A model generated the notes under the pieces. The model was not told the origin of the DNA. It saw nothing but the letters and a program-made list of their open reading frames with translations, and ran no database searches. Below are positions 42,915 through 52,595 of a stretch of 64,000 nt of DNA, piece after piece. A program made the position numbers and the translations under genes. The stretch is from positions 1-64,000 of the forward strand of contig CAVYZN010000004.1 in assembly GCA_963773065.1 (NCBI GenBank), in the 5' to 3' direction. This stretch comes from an uncultured Gammaproteobacteria bacterium (GTDB lineage Bacteria > Pseudomonadota > Gammaproteobacteria > UBA9214). Each line of letters starts with the position of its first letter. Position 1 is the first letter of the stretch.

Positions 42915-45293
42915 ATGAGAATATCCAAATCACCAGCAATTTCCCGGCTGGCGGCGTCTGCTTGCGGGATCCTCATCGCAGGCGCCGCACTGGATCCCGC
43001 CATCTCGCTGGCGGCGCCGCTGCCCGGGGGATCGCTGAACCCGACGATCGTACCCAAGTACGTGCAGCCGCTGGTTATTCCGCCGGTGATGAAGAATACC
43101 GGCGCGGCGAACGACTATGACATCGCGGTGCGCCAGTTCAGGCAGCAGATACTGCCAGGCGGCATCTGGAATACGCTCAACGGCCGCGCCGATGCATTCC
43201 CTGCCACTACCGTATGGAGTTACGGTCCGGCGGCGGATGGATTGCCGGACTCGACGTCTCTCGGCGGCGGCGCGGGTATCGCACCGGCTCCCAATTCGCA
43301 GTTCAACTATCCCGCCTACACGGTGGAAAATACGGTAAACACGCCGACCACCGTCGACTGGATCAACGGTCTGAAGGAAAACTTCGGCGCGGGCCCGAAA
43401 TTCCTGCCACATCTGCTGCCGGTTGACCAGACGCTGCACTGGGCCAACCCCAGTGCCGACTGCATCAGCGGCGCGCTTAAGACCGATTGCCGCGGCAACA
43501 GCCAACAGCCCTATACGGGCCCCGTGCCCATCGTGACCCACGTCCATGGCGCGCATTCCAATCCGGAGAGCGATGGCTACGCCGAGGCCTGGTGGCTGCC
43601 CGACCCCACGGGAAGCAATTTTTCCTGCGTGACCGACCCGGCGCAGGCGACCGGCAGCAAGTACGTCTGCACCGGCTCGGTGGCGAATAAATACGGGGCC
43701 GGCCGTGAAAACACCAACGTCGGCGGCCGGCTCGGCGTCGGTCAGTTCAGCTATCGCAACGATCAGCCCTCGGCCACCAGCTGGTATCACGACCATGCCC
43801 TGGGCATGACGCGCAGCAACGTCTACGCGGGGCCGGCGGGCTTCTGGCTGATACGCATCGCCGGTGGTGGCGAGACGGGTCTGCTCTCGGGCACCCTGCC
43901 TAGTCCCGCGCCGGCGTACGGCGAGAACCTTGCAACGACCAACCTTCCGGCCTCGCTCGGCGGGTCGCGCGAGAAGTACCGCGAGATTCCCATCGCCATT
44001 CAGGACCGCTCGCTAAACACCGATGGTTCGCTCTTCTATCCCAACAACCGGGCCTTCTTCGAGGGCGTGCCCAAGAGCGGGCTGAGCATCAACTTCATCC
44101 CGCAATCGGATATCTCGCCCATCTGGAATCCCGAGTTCTTCGGCAACATGATCGTGGTGAACGGAACGACCTGGCCGCAACAAGAGGTAGCGCAGGCGGA
44201 GTATCGCTTCCGGCTGTTGGACGGCTGCAATTCCCGCTTCCTGAACCTGTCGATGTTCCAGGTCAACCCCGGCGGCACGCTGGGCGCCGAGGTGCCCTTC
44301 TACCAGATCGGGGCCGAGCAGAGTTTGCTGCCGAACGTGGTCAAGATCGAAACCGGTCAGAAGACCACGATCTGCCAGAACAGCGTTGCCCCCTGTACCA
44401 CGCCTGGTACCACGGTTGTCACGACAACCGACCCCCAGGAGGCGCTGCTGATGGGGCTCGCCGAGCGGGCGGATGTGATCGTGGATTTCCGTGGACTTGC
44501 CAACGGCACGGTGGTGCGGATGATCAACACCGCGCCCGATGCGCCGTTTGGCGGATTCCCGGATGTCCCCGCCGATGCGGGCACGACGGGCCAGGTGATG
44601 CAGTTCGTCGTCAATGCCGCGCTGAATGGCAAGAGCCCGACCGATCCGGTACTGGCGGACGGCACGACTCCCAACCCGAATCAAGCGACACCGCCCTCCC
44701 AACTCGTGCTCTCGCTGGTGGATGCTGCCCAGGCCGCGGCGCCCTCGAGCCGCACGCGTGACCTCGCGCTGCTCGAGGAGGAATCGCTCGAGGTCTGCGT
44801 CGTGGTCAAGCCGACCGGCAAGATCCAGCAGCTCCGGAACGTGAAGCCGGGCCCCAACTTCCTGACCGATTGCGCGGCTGCCGGGGGCGTGCCGTTCGCG
44901 CCCCGGGAGGCGGTGCTGGGCAAGGATGGTTCGACCACGCCCGTCGTGACCATGTGGGCTGATCCCGTCGTGACCAATCCGCTTTTCAATGCCACCGAGA
45001 CCTGGGAGCTGTGGAACTATACCGCGGATGCGCATCCCATCCACCTGCATGAGATAAAGTTCAAGGTGGTCAATCGCGAGGTGATTGGGGGCGCATCACG
45101 GCCACCGGAGGCCACCGAGGCGGCCTGGAAGGATTCGGTGATCGCCTATCCGGGCGAGGTCACCCGCGTCAAGGCGCGCTTCGACATCGCCGGTCTGTAC
45201 GTGTGGCACTGCCATATCGTCGAGCACGAGGACAACGAGATGATGGTGCCCTACTGCGTCGGCAGCCGACCGCCAATGGCTGTCAAAACGTAA
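42915..45293 (+). CDS. Secreted multicopper oxidase (CotA/bilirubin oxidase-like)
   Basis: THVHG, WYHDH, HPIHLH, WHCHIVEHEDNEMM. Confidence 0.95.
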   Translation: MRISKSPAISRLAASACGILIAGAALDPAISLAAPLPGGSLNPTIVPKYVQPLVIPPVMKNTGAANDYDIAVRQFRQQILPGGIWNTLNGRADAFPATTVWSYGPAADGLPDSTSLGGGAGIAPAPNSQFNYPAYTVENTVNTPTTVDWINGLKENFGAGPKFLPHLLPVDQTLHWANPSADCISGALKTDCRGNSQQPYTGPVPIVTHVHGAHSNPESDGYAEAWWLPDPTGSNFSCVTDPAQATGSKYVCTGSVANKYGAGRENTNVGGRLGVGQFSYRNDQPSATSWYHDHALGMTRSNVYAGPAGFWLIRIAGGGETGLLSGTLPSPAPAYGENLATTNLPASLGGSREKYREIPIAIQDRSLNTDGSLFYPNNRAFFEGVPKSGLSINFIPQSDISPIWNPEFFGNMIVVNGTTWPQQEVAQAEYRFRLLDGCNSRFLNLSMFQVNPGGTLGAEVPFYQIGAEQSLLPNVVKIETGQKTTICQNSVAPCTTPGTTVVTTTDPQEALLMGLAERADVIVDFRGLANGTVVRMINTAPDAPFGGFPDVPADAGTTGQVMQFVVNAALNGKSPTDPVLADGTTPNPNQATPPSQLVLSLVDAAQAAAPSSRTRDLALLEEESLEVCVVVKPTGKIQQLRNVKPGPNFLTDCAAAGGVPFAPREAVLGKDGSTTPVVTMWADPVVTNPLFNATETWELWNYTADAHPIHLHEIKFKVVNREVIGGASRPPEATEAAWKDSVIAYPGEVTRVKARFDIAGLYVWHCHIVEHEDNEMMVPYCVGSRPPMAVKT

Positions 45294-45331
45294 CGATTGT
45301 CCCTGGTTCCTGAGGGACAGCCAGCGCTTGG

Positions 45332-45364
45332 GACATAGGGCCGCCCCCCGGGCGGCCCTATGTC
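45332..45364. terminator. Hairpin between convergent genes
   Basis: gacatagggccgccc-ccc-gggcggccctatgtc. Confidence 0.7.
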
Positions 45365-45375
45365 GTTACTGGAGA

Positions 45376-45897
45376 CTACGACCCCTGCACGACCGGCGTG
45401 GTGGCGGAGCAGGAGGTCTCTCTCACCCGGTTGTTGCTCAACGGTTCTGAAACGGTGGCCGTTACAGTCGCCGTGGCCTCGGCGTTGGTCGATGTGGTCA
45501 AAATGCTCGCGTCCTGTGCTGCAGGGACCGTGAAGGCTGCCAGGGCATAGGTCACGTTGAAACGGCTGATCGTCTGAGTATTGTTCTGCGTAACGACGTT
45601 GTCGGGATAGACGACATCAATGGCAATCGTCGGCTGGCTCCAACTGCCCGGATAGCTGGGAACCCGGTCCACTTTTACGGTAAAGCTGCTGCCCGTGTAG
45701 ATTTCAGCGGGCAGAAGTACGGCACAGCTCACCGCGGTGCCGCTTGAAGGCTTCTTGGCCGCCGCTATACCGGGCAGGGCCAGGGCGAGACACAAGGCAC
45801 AACTCAGCACCTTGCTGCGCACGGGATATTCATTGCTATCGCGGCGGTTATTACGCGCGATGCCCAAAGTGGTCAATTTGCTGGATCTGGATTTCAT
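45376..45897 (-). CDS. Secreted hypothetical beta-rich protein
   Basis: RBS GAGGA, hydrophobic signal LCLALALPGIAAA, two Cys in the mature part. Confidence 0.6.
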   Translation of the reverse strand: MKSRSSKLTTLGIARNNRRDSNEYPVRSKVLSCALCLALALPGIAAAKKPSSGTAVSCAVLLPAEIYTGSSFTVKVDRVPSYPGSWSQPTIAIDVVYPDNVVTQNNTQTISRFNVTYALAAFTVPAAQDASILTTSTNAEATATVTATVSEPLSNNRVRETSCSATTPVVQGS

Positions 45898-46055
45898 GAT
45901 GTGGTTCCTCTTCAAATTGCAACGCCGTACCGCCGCCTCGAGCCGGGGCGTCTCTGGTTTGGCGTTGCATCTTTTATTCAACCGCCTCCTCCGATGAGGC
46001 GGACCGTGGCGGCTTATCCGTTCGGGACCGCGCCGGGAGGACCGACGAATGAGTC

Positions 46056-46118
46056 GTGATAACCCGCTGCCGATGAAAAATAATCCGGGCTTGCTTGCCC
46101 CTGCGGGTTTACCTGCGT
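46056..46118 (-). ncRNA. Candidate degenerate c-di-GMP-I (GEMM) riboswitch
   Basis: Minus strand GGTAAACCC..GGG..GCAAGCCCGG...GGCAGCGGGTTATC resembles the GEMM-I layout; lies upstream of 45897. Confidence 0.35.
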
Positions 46119-46540
46119 GGAAAACACGCATCAAATATGATCCATCAAGATGCGTGCCATTAAATTGAAACACCAGTTGAAACAGATCAATAGAGTCTGC
46201 ATCGAATCACTGTCTTCGATAATACTCCAGGATTCGGTCCTGATTGTGTCACTTTGTGGCGACGGAAATCAGATTAAAAAATCCATCAACATGAATTCGC
46301 AAGACATTGGGCGTCGCTCATTGGCGACAGCTATCGGGAAGTCAGACAATCCGGCGGACATATGCAGATGCGGCAAAGATCAACATGCCATCATTTCTGG
46401 GTGATGGTGTCGCCGTTTCCGGCAGCCGTTGTCGTGAATTTGCCTATGTTCTCAATTACACTCTGCCGGTCCGGGGTTTGCGGTGTAAAGCCGGTCAAAG
46501 CGCAGACTGACCATGACGCTAACGCAGGCGAGGTATCTCG

Positions 46541-47242
46541 ATGAAACAGCTACTCTCAGTGGCGGTTCTGGGCGCGAGCCTGATAATGAATGTTTGTGCC
46601 GCGGATGAGACCGGGACGCTCACCGGGGAGGGCGACAGGATCAGCTACAGCCTCGGTTACCAGATGGGTGGCGACTTCAAACGCCAGGGGGTGGAGGTCA
46701 ACCGGGAGGCATTGATTCAGGGGATACGGGACGCGCAGTCACGCGCCGAGCCCTTGATGAAGCCCGAAGAGATGCAGTCCACGCTGGTGGAACTGAAGCA
46801 GCGGATCGTCGCCGCCAATCAGACCGAGTTGCAGCAGAAAATGGAAGAACGCAAGCAACAGAGCCTCCGGATCCGCAACGAAGGCAGTGAATTTCTCGAA
46901 GCCAATGCCAAACAGGAAGGGGTCAAGACAACGGGCAGCGGGCTGCAGTACCAGGTGCTCAGGGAGGGTAGCGGCAAGACGCCGAAGGCAACCGATACCG
47001 TGACGGTCAATTATCGCGGCACCCTAATCGACGGCACCGAGTTCGACAGTTCCTACCGCCAGGGCAAGCCTGCAAGTTTCCGGGTAGAGGAGGTCATCGC
47101 CGGCTGGAGGGAAGCCCTGCAGATGATGCAAGAGGGCGACAAGTGGCGTCTTTTCATTCCGTCGAACCTGGCTTATGGTGAGCGCGGTCCGCTGGCCGAT
47201 CGGGCTCTCGTCTTTGAAGTGGAATTGCTCGCCGTGAACTGA
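46541..47242 (+). CDS. Second FKBP-type PPIase
   Basis: SYSLGYQMG, GSGLQY, NYRGTLIDGTEFDSSY, VIAGWREAL. Confidence 0.95.
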   Translation: MKQLLSVAVLGASLIMNVCAADETGTLTGEGDRISYSLGYQMGGDFKRQGVEVNREALIQGIRDAQSRAEPLMKPEEMQSTLVELKQRIVAANQTELQQKMEERKQQSLRIRNEGSEFLEANAKQEGVKTTGSGLQYQVLREGSGKTPKATDTVTVNYRGTLIDGTEFDSSYRQGKPASFRVEEVIAGWREALQMMQEGDKWRLFIPSNLAYGERGPLADRALVFEVELLAVN

Positions 47243-47374
47243 AGATCAGCCCGGTAGGGGTGGCCGTTAATCCTGGTAAGAATTGCGGTGGGTGTGCCTG
47301 CTTGTCGTTCATCTTATTCTCCGGCCTGATCTGTCTCCTGTTCATGAGCCAGATGCCGGCACTGGGAACTCGAT

Positions 47375-47585
47375 TTGACCCACCACTGGCAGGAAATTCA
47401 CTTCGGCCGAGCTGCGTGCTGGCGCGCCAGCCGGATGGCTGGTCGTTTGATCTGCAAGTCTATCTCGGCGACATTGCGGCTGAATTCGTTCAGGTGCAGC
47501 TCTATGCCGATGCAGCCGGCGGGGATGATGCCCGGTGCGAGACCATGGAACGCGGTCAGCCGATCCCGGGCGCGGTCAACGTCTT
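47375..47585 (+). pseudogene. Probable C-terminal relic of an alpha-glucan phosphorylase
   Basis: HWQEIHFG / WSFDLQVYLGDI..VQVQLYAD..MERGQPIPGAVN; recognised from memory only. Confidence 0.45.
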
Positions 47586-47761
47586 TGTCATCACCTGGCT
47601 GTCCGCACGTCGTGCCGCGTCGTCCTTGCCCAGCAGGTTGCTACATCGCGAGGGGCCCATACCGCTGACGAAGACGTGCATGATCAGCGTACTGCCGCGG
47701 TTGCCTGACACTTGCATAGCGGTGAAGCATGACGCATGGAAGGCGGACCGGCCGCTCGCGA

Positions 47762-48640
47762 TCAGCCGATGTCGATACTGCTCGCCTTGCCGCGTTGCGG
47801 CGTCAGCCGGATGCGCAGGCCTTCCGCGGCGCAGACGCTGATCGACGGCGCGCGCCGGCCGCGGAAAAAGTTCTCGTTCTCCCGCTGAATGAAATCGATT
47901 TCGGCATCGCTGCGATCGGGATCGTGGTGGAACATGACCAGGCAGGCGGCCTCGGCATCGACGGCCAACTGCCGGACCTGTGTCACCAGCGAATGCCCCC
48001 AGCCGTGCTTGCGGGGCATGTCGGACTCCAGGTACTGGGCATCATGGATCAGCACATCGACACCCCGGCAGAACGCCACCCATTGATCATAGTTCGTCGC
48101 AACTTTGCTCGGCGGTTCGAGTTCATTGTCGGTGATGTAGACACAGGATGTCCCGTCCTCCTCGATGCGGTAGGCATGACCGCCGCCGGGATGATTGAGG
48201 CGGGCCCGCAGGACATTGATATTGTCCTTGCGGAGCACGGTACCGGGGTCCTCGGTAATGCATTCGCCCAACGAGGGCAGTTGCTCCGCCCTGACCGGGA
48301 AGTAGGCGCCGTCGATCTGGTTGAAGAGGGAGCAGAGCTTTCCGTGTTCGCCCTGCGTGCCGGTGAAAACGCGTATGCGCCGCCCCGGCTGGTAGATCGG
48401 CTCGAAGAACGGGTAACCCTGTATATGGTCCCAGTGGCCGTGGGAGAGCAGGATGTCAATGGCATCGTCGGTGTGCGCCAGGCGCTTGCCCAGTTTCCTG
48501 ATACCCGTGCCGCAGTCCAGTATCAGCTTGCCGCCATTGGCCAGCTCGATGTAGACGCACGAGGTATTGCCGCCGTATCTGGCGGTATCGGGCCCCGGAG
48601 AGGGGATCGAACCGCGCACCCCGTAGAACGTTATTATCAA
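47762..48640 (-). CDS. MBL-fold metallo-hydrolase (start uncertain)
   Basis: FYGVRGSIP, YGGNTSCV, LDCGTG, SHGHWDHIQG, HDAQY, GWGHS, FHHDP. Confidence 0.9.
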   Translation of the reverse strand: MIITFYGVRGSIPSPGPDTARYGGNTSCVYIELANGGKLILDCGTGIRKLGKRLAHTDDAIDILLSHGHWDHIQGYPFFEPIYQPGRRIRVFTGTQGEHGKLCSLFNQIDGAYFPVRAEQLPSLGECITEDPGTVLRKDNINVLRARLNHPGGGHAYRIEEDGTSCVYITDNELEPPSKVATNYDQWVAFCRGVDVLIHDAQYLESDMPRKHGWGHSLVTQVRQLAVDAEAACLVMFHHDPDRSDAEIDFIQRENENFFRGRRAPSISVCAAEGLRIRLTPQRGKASSIDIG

Positions 48641-48941
48641 TCTTTCCTCCAGTAGCAGGAAAATTTTCCAGTATGGTTCGTGCGCGGGTACCGTGCAAGA
48701 CCTTTCCGTGCATGACACGCACTGACTCGGTGCGCGATCCTTGTTTCTTTGAAATCAACGACCGGGGTGGCCACCCTTGTAGGCAATGGCAGGGAAACAA
48801 TGCTCATCCGGACGTACCGGAGGCAGCGCAACAACGCGCCGTTGAATAACGTTAGCCCGACGGGCATGACAATGAAGGGTGAATACGCTAAACTGCGCGC
48901 GCTGCCGGATCGGCGGCTCTAGATTTCAACAAGTGATCTCA

Positions 48942-50216
48942 ATGAAAAGAACCCTCTGTTTCCTGCTGGCCGCACTCTGGCTAGTGACGGGCTGGGTCGC
49001 CGCCGACGAGCCCTACGGTTACCCCTTCGACAACAAGTACGTCGCCACGGTGGTGGGCACACCGCCGAAATATATGGCGGATCTGCCCAAGAAGATTCCG
49101 GTGAAAAAACGCCGCATCACGATCTTCCCGGACCGCCAGGTGCCGGACTACCTGTGGTACGACGCCGAACTGCGCTACTCTGAGGTGCTGCAGAAGGGGC
49201 CCGCACCGCTGGTGTTTCTCATCGCCGGCACCGGCGCCCCCTATGACAGCGCCAAGAACCAGGACATGGCCCGGGCTGCCTTTTATCACGCGGGTTTTCA
49301 TGTCGTTTCCCTGTCTTCGCCCACCTATCCCAATTTCATCGTCGCCGCCTCCACTACGGGGGTACCCGGGCATGCCTTCAAGGACGCGGAAGACCTCTAT
49401 CGGGTGATGGAGCGCATCTGGGATACGCTCAAGGACAAGATCGAGGTGACGGACTTCTATATCACGGGGTACAGCCTGGGCGCCTTCAACACCGCCTTCG
49501 TGACCCTGCTGGACGAGACGAAGCAGGTGTTCCGCTTCAAGAAGGCGCTGCTGATCAACCCGCCGGTGCGGCTCTACAGCTCCATCTCGCTGCTTGATCG
49601 CATGCTGGAGAATATCCCGGGTGGCATTAACAATTTCGCGCAGTTCTACAACAAGCTCGTGGAGCAGGTCGGCAAGGTCTACGAACGCTCGAAATCGGTG
49701 GATTTCGACGACGAGTTTCTGTACCAGGCCTTCGAGTCCGTCAATCCCGACAACGAAGAACTGGCGGCGCTGATCGGCGTGTCCTTCCGCATCGCCTCCG
49801 CCAACCTGATCTTTACCTCGGATCTGATGACCAATTACGGTTTCGTCAAGCCCAGGAATGTCTATCTCACCAAGAACAGTTCTCCCGGTGATTACGGCAA
49901 GGTGAGCATGCGCGTCGGCTTCACGGATTACTTCCATGCCTATTTCTATCCCTACTACCATGCCCAGGACCCCTCCGTGACGCGTGAGCAGCTCATCAAT
50001 GAGATGAGTCTCACCACCATCGAGGACTACCTGCGCAACAGCAAGAAGATCGAGGTCATGACCAACCGCGATGACATCATCCTGGAACCCGGGGAGATCG
50101 ATTTCTTCACGCGCGTATTCGGCGACCGCGCCAAAATTTATCCCAAGGGCGGGCACTGCGGCAACATGGATTACCGGGACAACGTGGCCTACATGGTCAA
50201 CGTCTTCAGGCAATGA
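48942..50216 (+). CDS. Secreted alpha/beta hydrolase
   Basis: Signal peptide, LVFLIAGTG, nucleophile elbow GYSLG, C-terminal GGHCGN. Confidence 0.8.
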   Translation: MKRTLCFLLAALWLVTGWVAADEPYGYPFDNKYVATVVGTPPKYMADLPKKIPVKKRRITIFPDRQVPDYLWYDAELRYSEVLQKGPAPLVFLIAGTGAPYDSAKNQDMARAAFYHAGFHVVSLSSPTYPNFIVAASTTGVPGHAFKDAEDLYRVMERIWDTLKDKIEVTDFYITGYSLGAFNTAFVTLLDETKQVFRFKKALLINPPVRLYSSISLLDRMLENIPGGINNFAQFYNKLVEQVGKVYERSKSVDFDDEFLYQAFESVNPDNEELAALIGVSFRIASANLIFTSDLMTNYGFVKPRNVYLTKNSSPGDYGKVSMRVGFTDYFHAYFYPYYHAQDPSVTREQLINEMSLTTIEDYLRNSKKIEVMTNRDDIILEPGEIDFFTRVFGDRAKIYPKGGHCGNMDYRDNVAYMVNVFRQ

Positions 50217-50229
50217 GGACGGCATCAAC

Positions 50230-51001
50230 ATGAAATCAAGCTACAAGAAACTACCGCAGTCTGTCCTGATTCTGGCAGCCGCCTTCACGCTGGGTGCCTG
50301 CAGCACGGCCCCGGTGCAGAAGGGCGATGTCATCGAGGAACCCTATTTCGCGCCTGAAGATGTGCTGGTGCCGGGTGTCCCCTACCTCTCGGAAGATGTC
50401 CCGGATCCCTGGGAAGGTTTCAACCGGACCATGTACCGCTTCAACTACCGCTTCGACAACTATGTCTTCCTGCCCGTGGTGAATGGGTACCAGGCGGTAG
50501 TACCGGACATCGCGCAGGAGGGCGTGCACAATTTCTTCAACAACGTCCGGGAAATCACCACGCTCATCAACAGCGCCCTGCAACTGAGCGCGCAGAAGAC
50601 CTTCATTACGACCGGGCGCCTGATGGTCAACACGACGGTGGGTCTGCTGGGACTGATCGACGTCGCCACGACCATCGACCTGCCGCGCCAGCAGGAGGAT
50701 TTCGGACAGACCCTGGGCCACTGGGGCGTCGGCACCGGGCCCTATCTGGTCCTGCCGATCTACGGTCCCAGCAATGTGCGCGACACCACCGGTCTCCTCA
50801 CGGATACCGTGGTGATGTCGGCGATCGACCCGCTCGACCTGCAAGACTCCCCGACAGAGGGAGATTGTGTACTTCACCCTGAATGCCATCGATACGCGCG
50901 CCCATGTGAGTTTCAGGTACTACGAGACCGGTTCGCCTTTCGAGTATGAATTCGTGCGCATGCTGTACACCACCAAGCGCCAGATGGACATCGAGAAATA
51001 G
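50230..51001 (+). CDS. mlaA: MlaA/VacJ lipoprotein (frameshift near 50860)
   Basis: Lipobox LGAC, DPWEGFNR, NTTVGLLGLID, EDFGQTLGHWGV..GPYLVLP..GPS. Confidence 0.92.
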
Positions 51002-51004
51002 AAC

Positions 51005-52217
51005 GTGACCACTATGATGAAGAAAATGCTGGGAAGTTTGCTGAGAGCCTGGACCTTGCTTGCCGCATCGCTGGTCTTGCCGGGGGTGCTTTGGCCGCAG
51101 ACATCAGCGGGCGCCGAACCCATCAAGGTGGGCGTGACGGCATCGCTGAGCGGTGAATATGCCGCGCCGGGCGGCGAGCAACTGGAAGGCATACAGATGT
51201 GGGCGCATGATCTCAATGCGCGCGGCGCGCTGCTGGGGCGTCCGGTCGAAATCGTCTATTACGACGACAAGTCCGATGCCAGCACCAGCGCGGCGCTCTA
51301 CGAGCGCCTCATCAGCGAGGACAAGGTCGATCTGCTGCTTGGCCCGTATTCATCCGGACTCACCCTGGCCGCCAGCGGCGTTGCCGAAAAACACCATTTC
51401 CCCATGGTCGCCACCGGGGCTTCGTCGACTGACATCTGGTCACGGGGTTACAAGAATATTTTCCAGGTGGATGCACCAACCGACACCTATACTGGATCTG
51501 GTCATCAATTCCGCCAAGAAGGCGGGCCTTAACACGATTGCGCTGGTCTACGCAGGTGCCGATTTTCCGCGGGGGGTCGCCCAGGGTGTGCGCAATCAGG
51601 CGGCCAAACAGGGCATGGAAATCGTGTTCGATGAGGAGTATGCCCAGGATACGACCGACTTCGCGGCGATCGTCGAGCGGATACGCTCCGCCAGACCCGA
51701 CATGGTCATCGGCGGAACCTATCTCAATGACTCGGTTGCCTTCATGCAGCAGGCGAAGACAAGCGGGTTATCCCCCAAGGCGTTTGTTTTTACGGTGGGT
51801 CCGGCCCTGCCCGAGTTCGGCGATGCGCTGGGCCCGGACGCCGAGGGCGTGATGGGTGTCGTGGCCTGGATGGCCTCCGCGCACATGCCGATGGCCTACG
51901 ACTTTGCCTTCCGCTACCGGGAGCAATACGGCAAGACTGCCAGTGTCTACGCCGCTTACGGCTATGGCGCCGGGCAGGTGCTGGAGGCCGGGGTGCGGCT
52001 CGCGGGTTCGTTGTCGAAGGATGATATCCGCCGGCAACTCGGTGAAATGAGGTTTCGCTCGATACTGGGCCCCTACCACGTCGATGACACCGGCAAGCAG
52101 CTCGACAAGAAGACCTACGTGATGCAGTGGCAACGGGGCGAGCGGCGACTGGTGCTCCCCAAGGAGCTGCGGGACAGCCCGATCGAGTATCCCTTCAAGC
52201 CCTGGTCGCAGCGCTAG
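51005..52217 (+). CDS. Branched-chain amino acid-type ABC substrate-binding protein (frameshift near 51490)
   Basis: EPIKVG..SLSG, GALLGRPVE..YDDKSD, LLGPYSS; no permease genes adjacent. Confidence 0.88.
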
Positions 52218-52262
52218 CCTGCACATCCGGCTTATCGCGACGGTGACCACCTTTGACATAAG

Positions 52263-52336
52263 TCAGCGGCCGATACGTATGCTATCCATCGATCCCAACA
52301 CTCGAAAGCCTGCAGTAACCATAGCACGACAACAAT
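52263..52336 (-). pseudogene. Duplicated 3' end of the small membrane-protein gene at 62185-62376
   Basis: cggccgatacgtatgctatccatcgatcccaa..gtaaccata..acgacaacaat matches 62185-62259. Confidence 0.85.
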
Positions 52337-52595
52337 TCGAGGAAGCGACATGTGTCAGGCGCAAGATTCAAAGCGACATCTAATGAGGACGCTATAGTCG
52401 GCCCATCGGCGCCAGAATGAGCATGAGTCAGCAACAGAAATAAACGTTTCTACGACACTATCCATTTTTACCTTGATGACCTCAATACCTGCCAAAACAG
52501 CGTAAAATAATTGCGATCGACGGGTAACCGGTTGCTGGTCTGAAAGCACAGGGTATGAGTTTTCGGCAAACACGGGGTATAAGGCCAGTGCTGCG

